Below, in pieces: positions 33,450 to 35,048 of a DNA stretch of 35,048 nucleotides (its first letter is position 1; each line of letters starts with the position of its first letter). The DNA comes from an uncultured Methanosarcinales archaeon (GTDB lineage: Archaea; Nanobdellota; Nanobdellia; Woesearchaeales; GW2011-AR9). The notes under the pieces were generated by a model. The model ran no database searches and had not been told where the DNA came from. It saw only the letters and a list, made by a program, of their open reading frames with translations. The translations under genes and the position numbers were made by a program. Location of the stretch: positions 1-35,048 of the forward strand of contig CAYFMJ010000008.1 in assembly GCA_964344235.1 (NCBI GenBank). Direction: 5' to 3'.

Positions 33450-35048
33450 GCTATGACATACCACCAGAATTACAGCACAAAGAAAAAATCTTTTTCGGAT
33501 TAACGTTTGAGCAGTTAGGCTATGCGTTTCCTGCATTGCTATTGGGTGTATTTTTGCTCAAGTTAGATTTATCTCTGCCTGTACTAATCCCTCTTGCTAC
33601 TTTCGTAGTAGCAATAACTTTCTTCTTAATGTTCTTTGATGGGTTGAAGCGAACAAAGGATTTACTGAAACATCTAACGAATCAAGAAGTGAGTGTCAAT
33701 AGTGAGAAACTCAAACGCCTTGTTGATATTAAAGAAATTAAAAACAGTATTATCACAACTTCAAAGACTAAAGTGGCGATCCTGGAAGTCATTCCGCTCA
33801 ATTTCATGATTAAAGCAGAAGATGAACAAGAAGGTATAATCAAAGTGTTTCAGAGGTTTCTTAACTCACTTGATTTTCCTATCCAGATTCATATTAGTAG
33901 TACAATTATCAACCTGAAAGATCACTTTAAACATCTTGAAACAAAGACAAAGCAATATCCAGAATTCTTTGATTCATATTGTAAGTTCCTTAAGCAATCA
34001 ATACAAGATAATGCTGTTAAGAACAGAAAATTTTACATTATCATTACAGAAAAAGATGATATTACCATGCAGACAAAAGTCTGTGAAGATAAATTAAAAA
34101 GTGTTGGGCTAAAAGTTAAACGGTTAGGGGAGAAAGAATTATTAGAATTATTTTACAAATATGTTGCGCATAATAAGAAAAAAGAATTGAAAGAAGATCA
34201 AGTAGTAGAGGATTACACTCATTTTTTACTTTCCCCAGAAAAAATTACGTTCCATCATGATTCCTTTGAAGTAAATAATCAGTTCTGTAAAGTCATCGCT
34301 GTGAAAGGCTATCCCCACACTGTTGAGATGGGTTTCTTGGATAAAATTATCAGTAGTGGAGATAATTATGATATTTCTATCCACATTCAGCCGTTTCCGA
34401 TCGAAGAAACAATGGTGCAACTCAACCGGGAACTACAAAAACAGCAAGCAGATTTGTATGCTGAAAGTAAGAAAGGAATTATTAATCCCTCCTTGGAAAT
34501 TAAGTTTAATTCAACTCGTAAGGTGTTGGAAGACTTACAGCGAGGTAAGCAGAAGCTGTTTAATGTTTCTTTGTATGTTATGTGTAAAGGTAAAACCAAA
34601 GAAGAAGCGGAGTTAGTTTCTAAACGTGTTAAAGCCGATTTGGAGGGGTTGATGATTCAATCTAGAATTCCTTTGTTTCAGTGTATGCAAGGATATGAAT
34701 CATTGTTACCTCTGGGAAAAGATACACTTAAACTAAAAAGAAATATTCACACGGAAGGATTATCTGCATTCTTTCCGTTTTCTTCTCCCTTCTTAGATAT
34801 CCAAAAGGGTGGAATTCTTCTTGGCTTGAACAAGAACAAAATTCCTTACATCAAAGATGTATTCAAATTGACGAATGCCAATGGCATCATCCTCGCAACT
34901 TCTGGCGCAGGCAAATCCTATTTTACCAAATTAATGATTTCACGGCAGTTCATGAACGGTGCTGATGTCATTATCATTGACCCTCAGGGGGAATATCTTG
35001 CAATTACAGAACATTACAAAGGGGAAACGATTACGATCTCTAAGAACA
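33446..35048 (+). CDS. virB4: PrgI/VirB3-like N-terminus fused to VirB4-like ATPase (3'-truncated by window edge)
   Basis: Open frame from ATG33446 to the end, absent from the ORF track. Reads MSYDIPPELQHKEKIFFGLTFEQ plus 2 TM, then LSAFFPF, Walker A ATSGAGKS and IIIDPQGEY. Confidence 0.88.
   Translation, partial: MSYDIPPELQHKEKIFFGLTFEQLGYAFPALLLGVFLLKLDLSLPVLIPLATFVVAITFFLMFFDGLKRTKDLLKHLTNQEVSVNSEKLKRLVDIKEIKNSIITTSKTKVAILEVIPLNFMIKAEDEQEGIIKVFQRFLNSLDFPIQIHISSTIINLKDHFKHLETKTKQYPEFFDSYCKFLKQSIQDNAVKNRKFYIIITEKDDITMQTKVCEDKLKSVGLKVKRLGEKELLELFYKYVAHNKKKELKEDQVVEDYTHFLLSPEKITFHHDSFEVNNQFCKVIAVKGYPHTVEMGFLDKIISSGDNYDISIHIQPFPIEETMVQLNRELQKQQADLYAESKKGIINPSLEIKFNSTRKVLEDLQRGKQKLFNVSLYVMCKGKTKEEAELVSKRVKADLEGLMIQSRIPLFQCMQGYESLLPLGKDTLKLKRNIHTEGLSAFFPFSSPFLDIQKGGILLGLNKNKIPYIKDVFKLTNANGIILATSGAGKSYFTKLMISRQFMNGADVIIIDPQGEYLAITEHYKGETITISKN

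Larger units (their letters stand above)
29673..35048 (+). mobile_element. Probable integrated conjugative or DNA-transfer element (left part only)
   Basis: Coupled operon with C5-MTase, VirB2-like pilin, VirB6-like and VirB4-like genes, plus a candidate att site. No integrase or relaxase is visible in the window. Confidence 0.65.

Noticed and set aside
34226-34616. ORFs 34226-34420, 34323-34616 and 34387-34599
   Set aside because: They are shadows within the VirB4 frame, which the track omitted because it has no stop inside the window.
1-35048. CRISPR array, rRNA or IS transposase
   Set aside because: No regularly spaced repeats, rRNA-like segments, transposase motifs or terminal inverted repeats were seen.

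Overview
Archaeal chromosomal segment. The evidence is ribosomal protein S8e, a class I CCA-adding enzyme, family B DNA polymerase, Rad50 and TATA-like boxes about 20-25 nt upstream of most start codons. Compact gene packing plus many bacterial-type genes (type I GAPDH, long RelA/SpoT homolog, RNase HIII, DUF1385, PhoH, fatty-acid-desaturase family) suggests a DPANN, Woesearchaeota-like lineage; this is inference only. Bases 1-29700 are a patchwork of housekeeping genes and hypotheticals, several with inactivated catalytic motifs: a hydrolase-dead Rel, two translationally coupled HIT proteins lacking the nucleophilic His, a degenerate PIN domain on PhoH, and an amber-interrupted NUDIX gene. 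From about 29.7 kb to the right edge lies a translationally coupled operon: Zn-finger, C5 DNA methyltransferase, membrane anchor, VirB2/TrbC-like pilin, large VirB6-like fusion protein and a PrgI/VirB3-VirB4 fusion ATPase that runs off the window. It begins just after a 14-nt sequence resembling a tRNA 3' end, so it is probably an integrated conjugative or DNA-transfer element. No complete rRNA or tRNA gene and no CRISPR array was recognised. All family assignments come from motif recognition by eye, without database searches.
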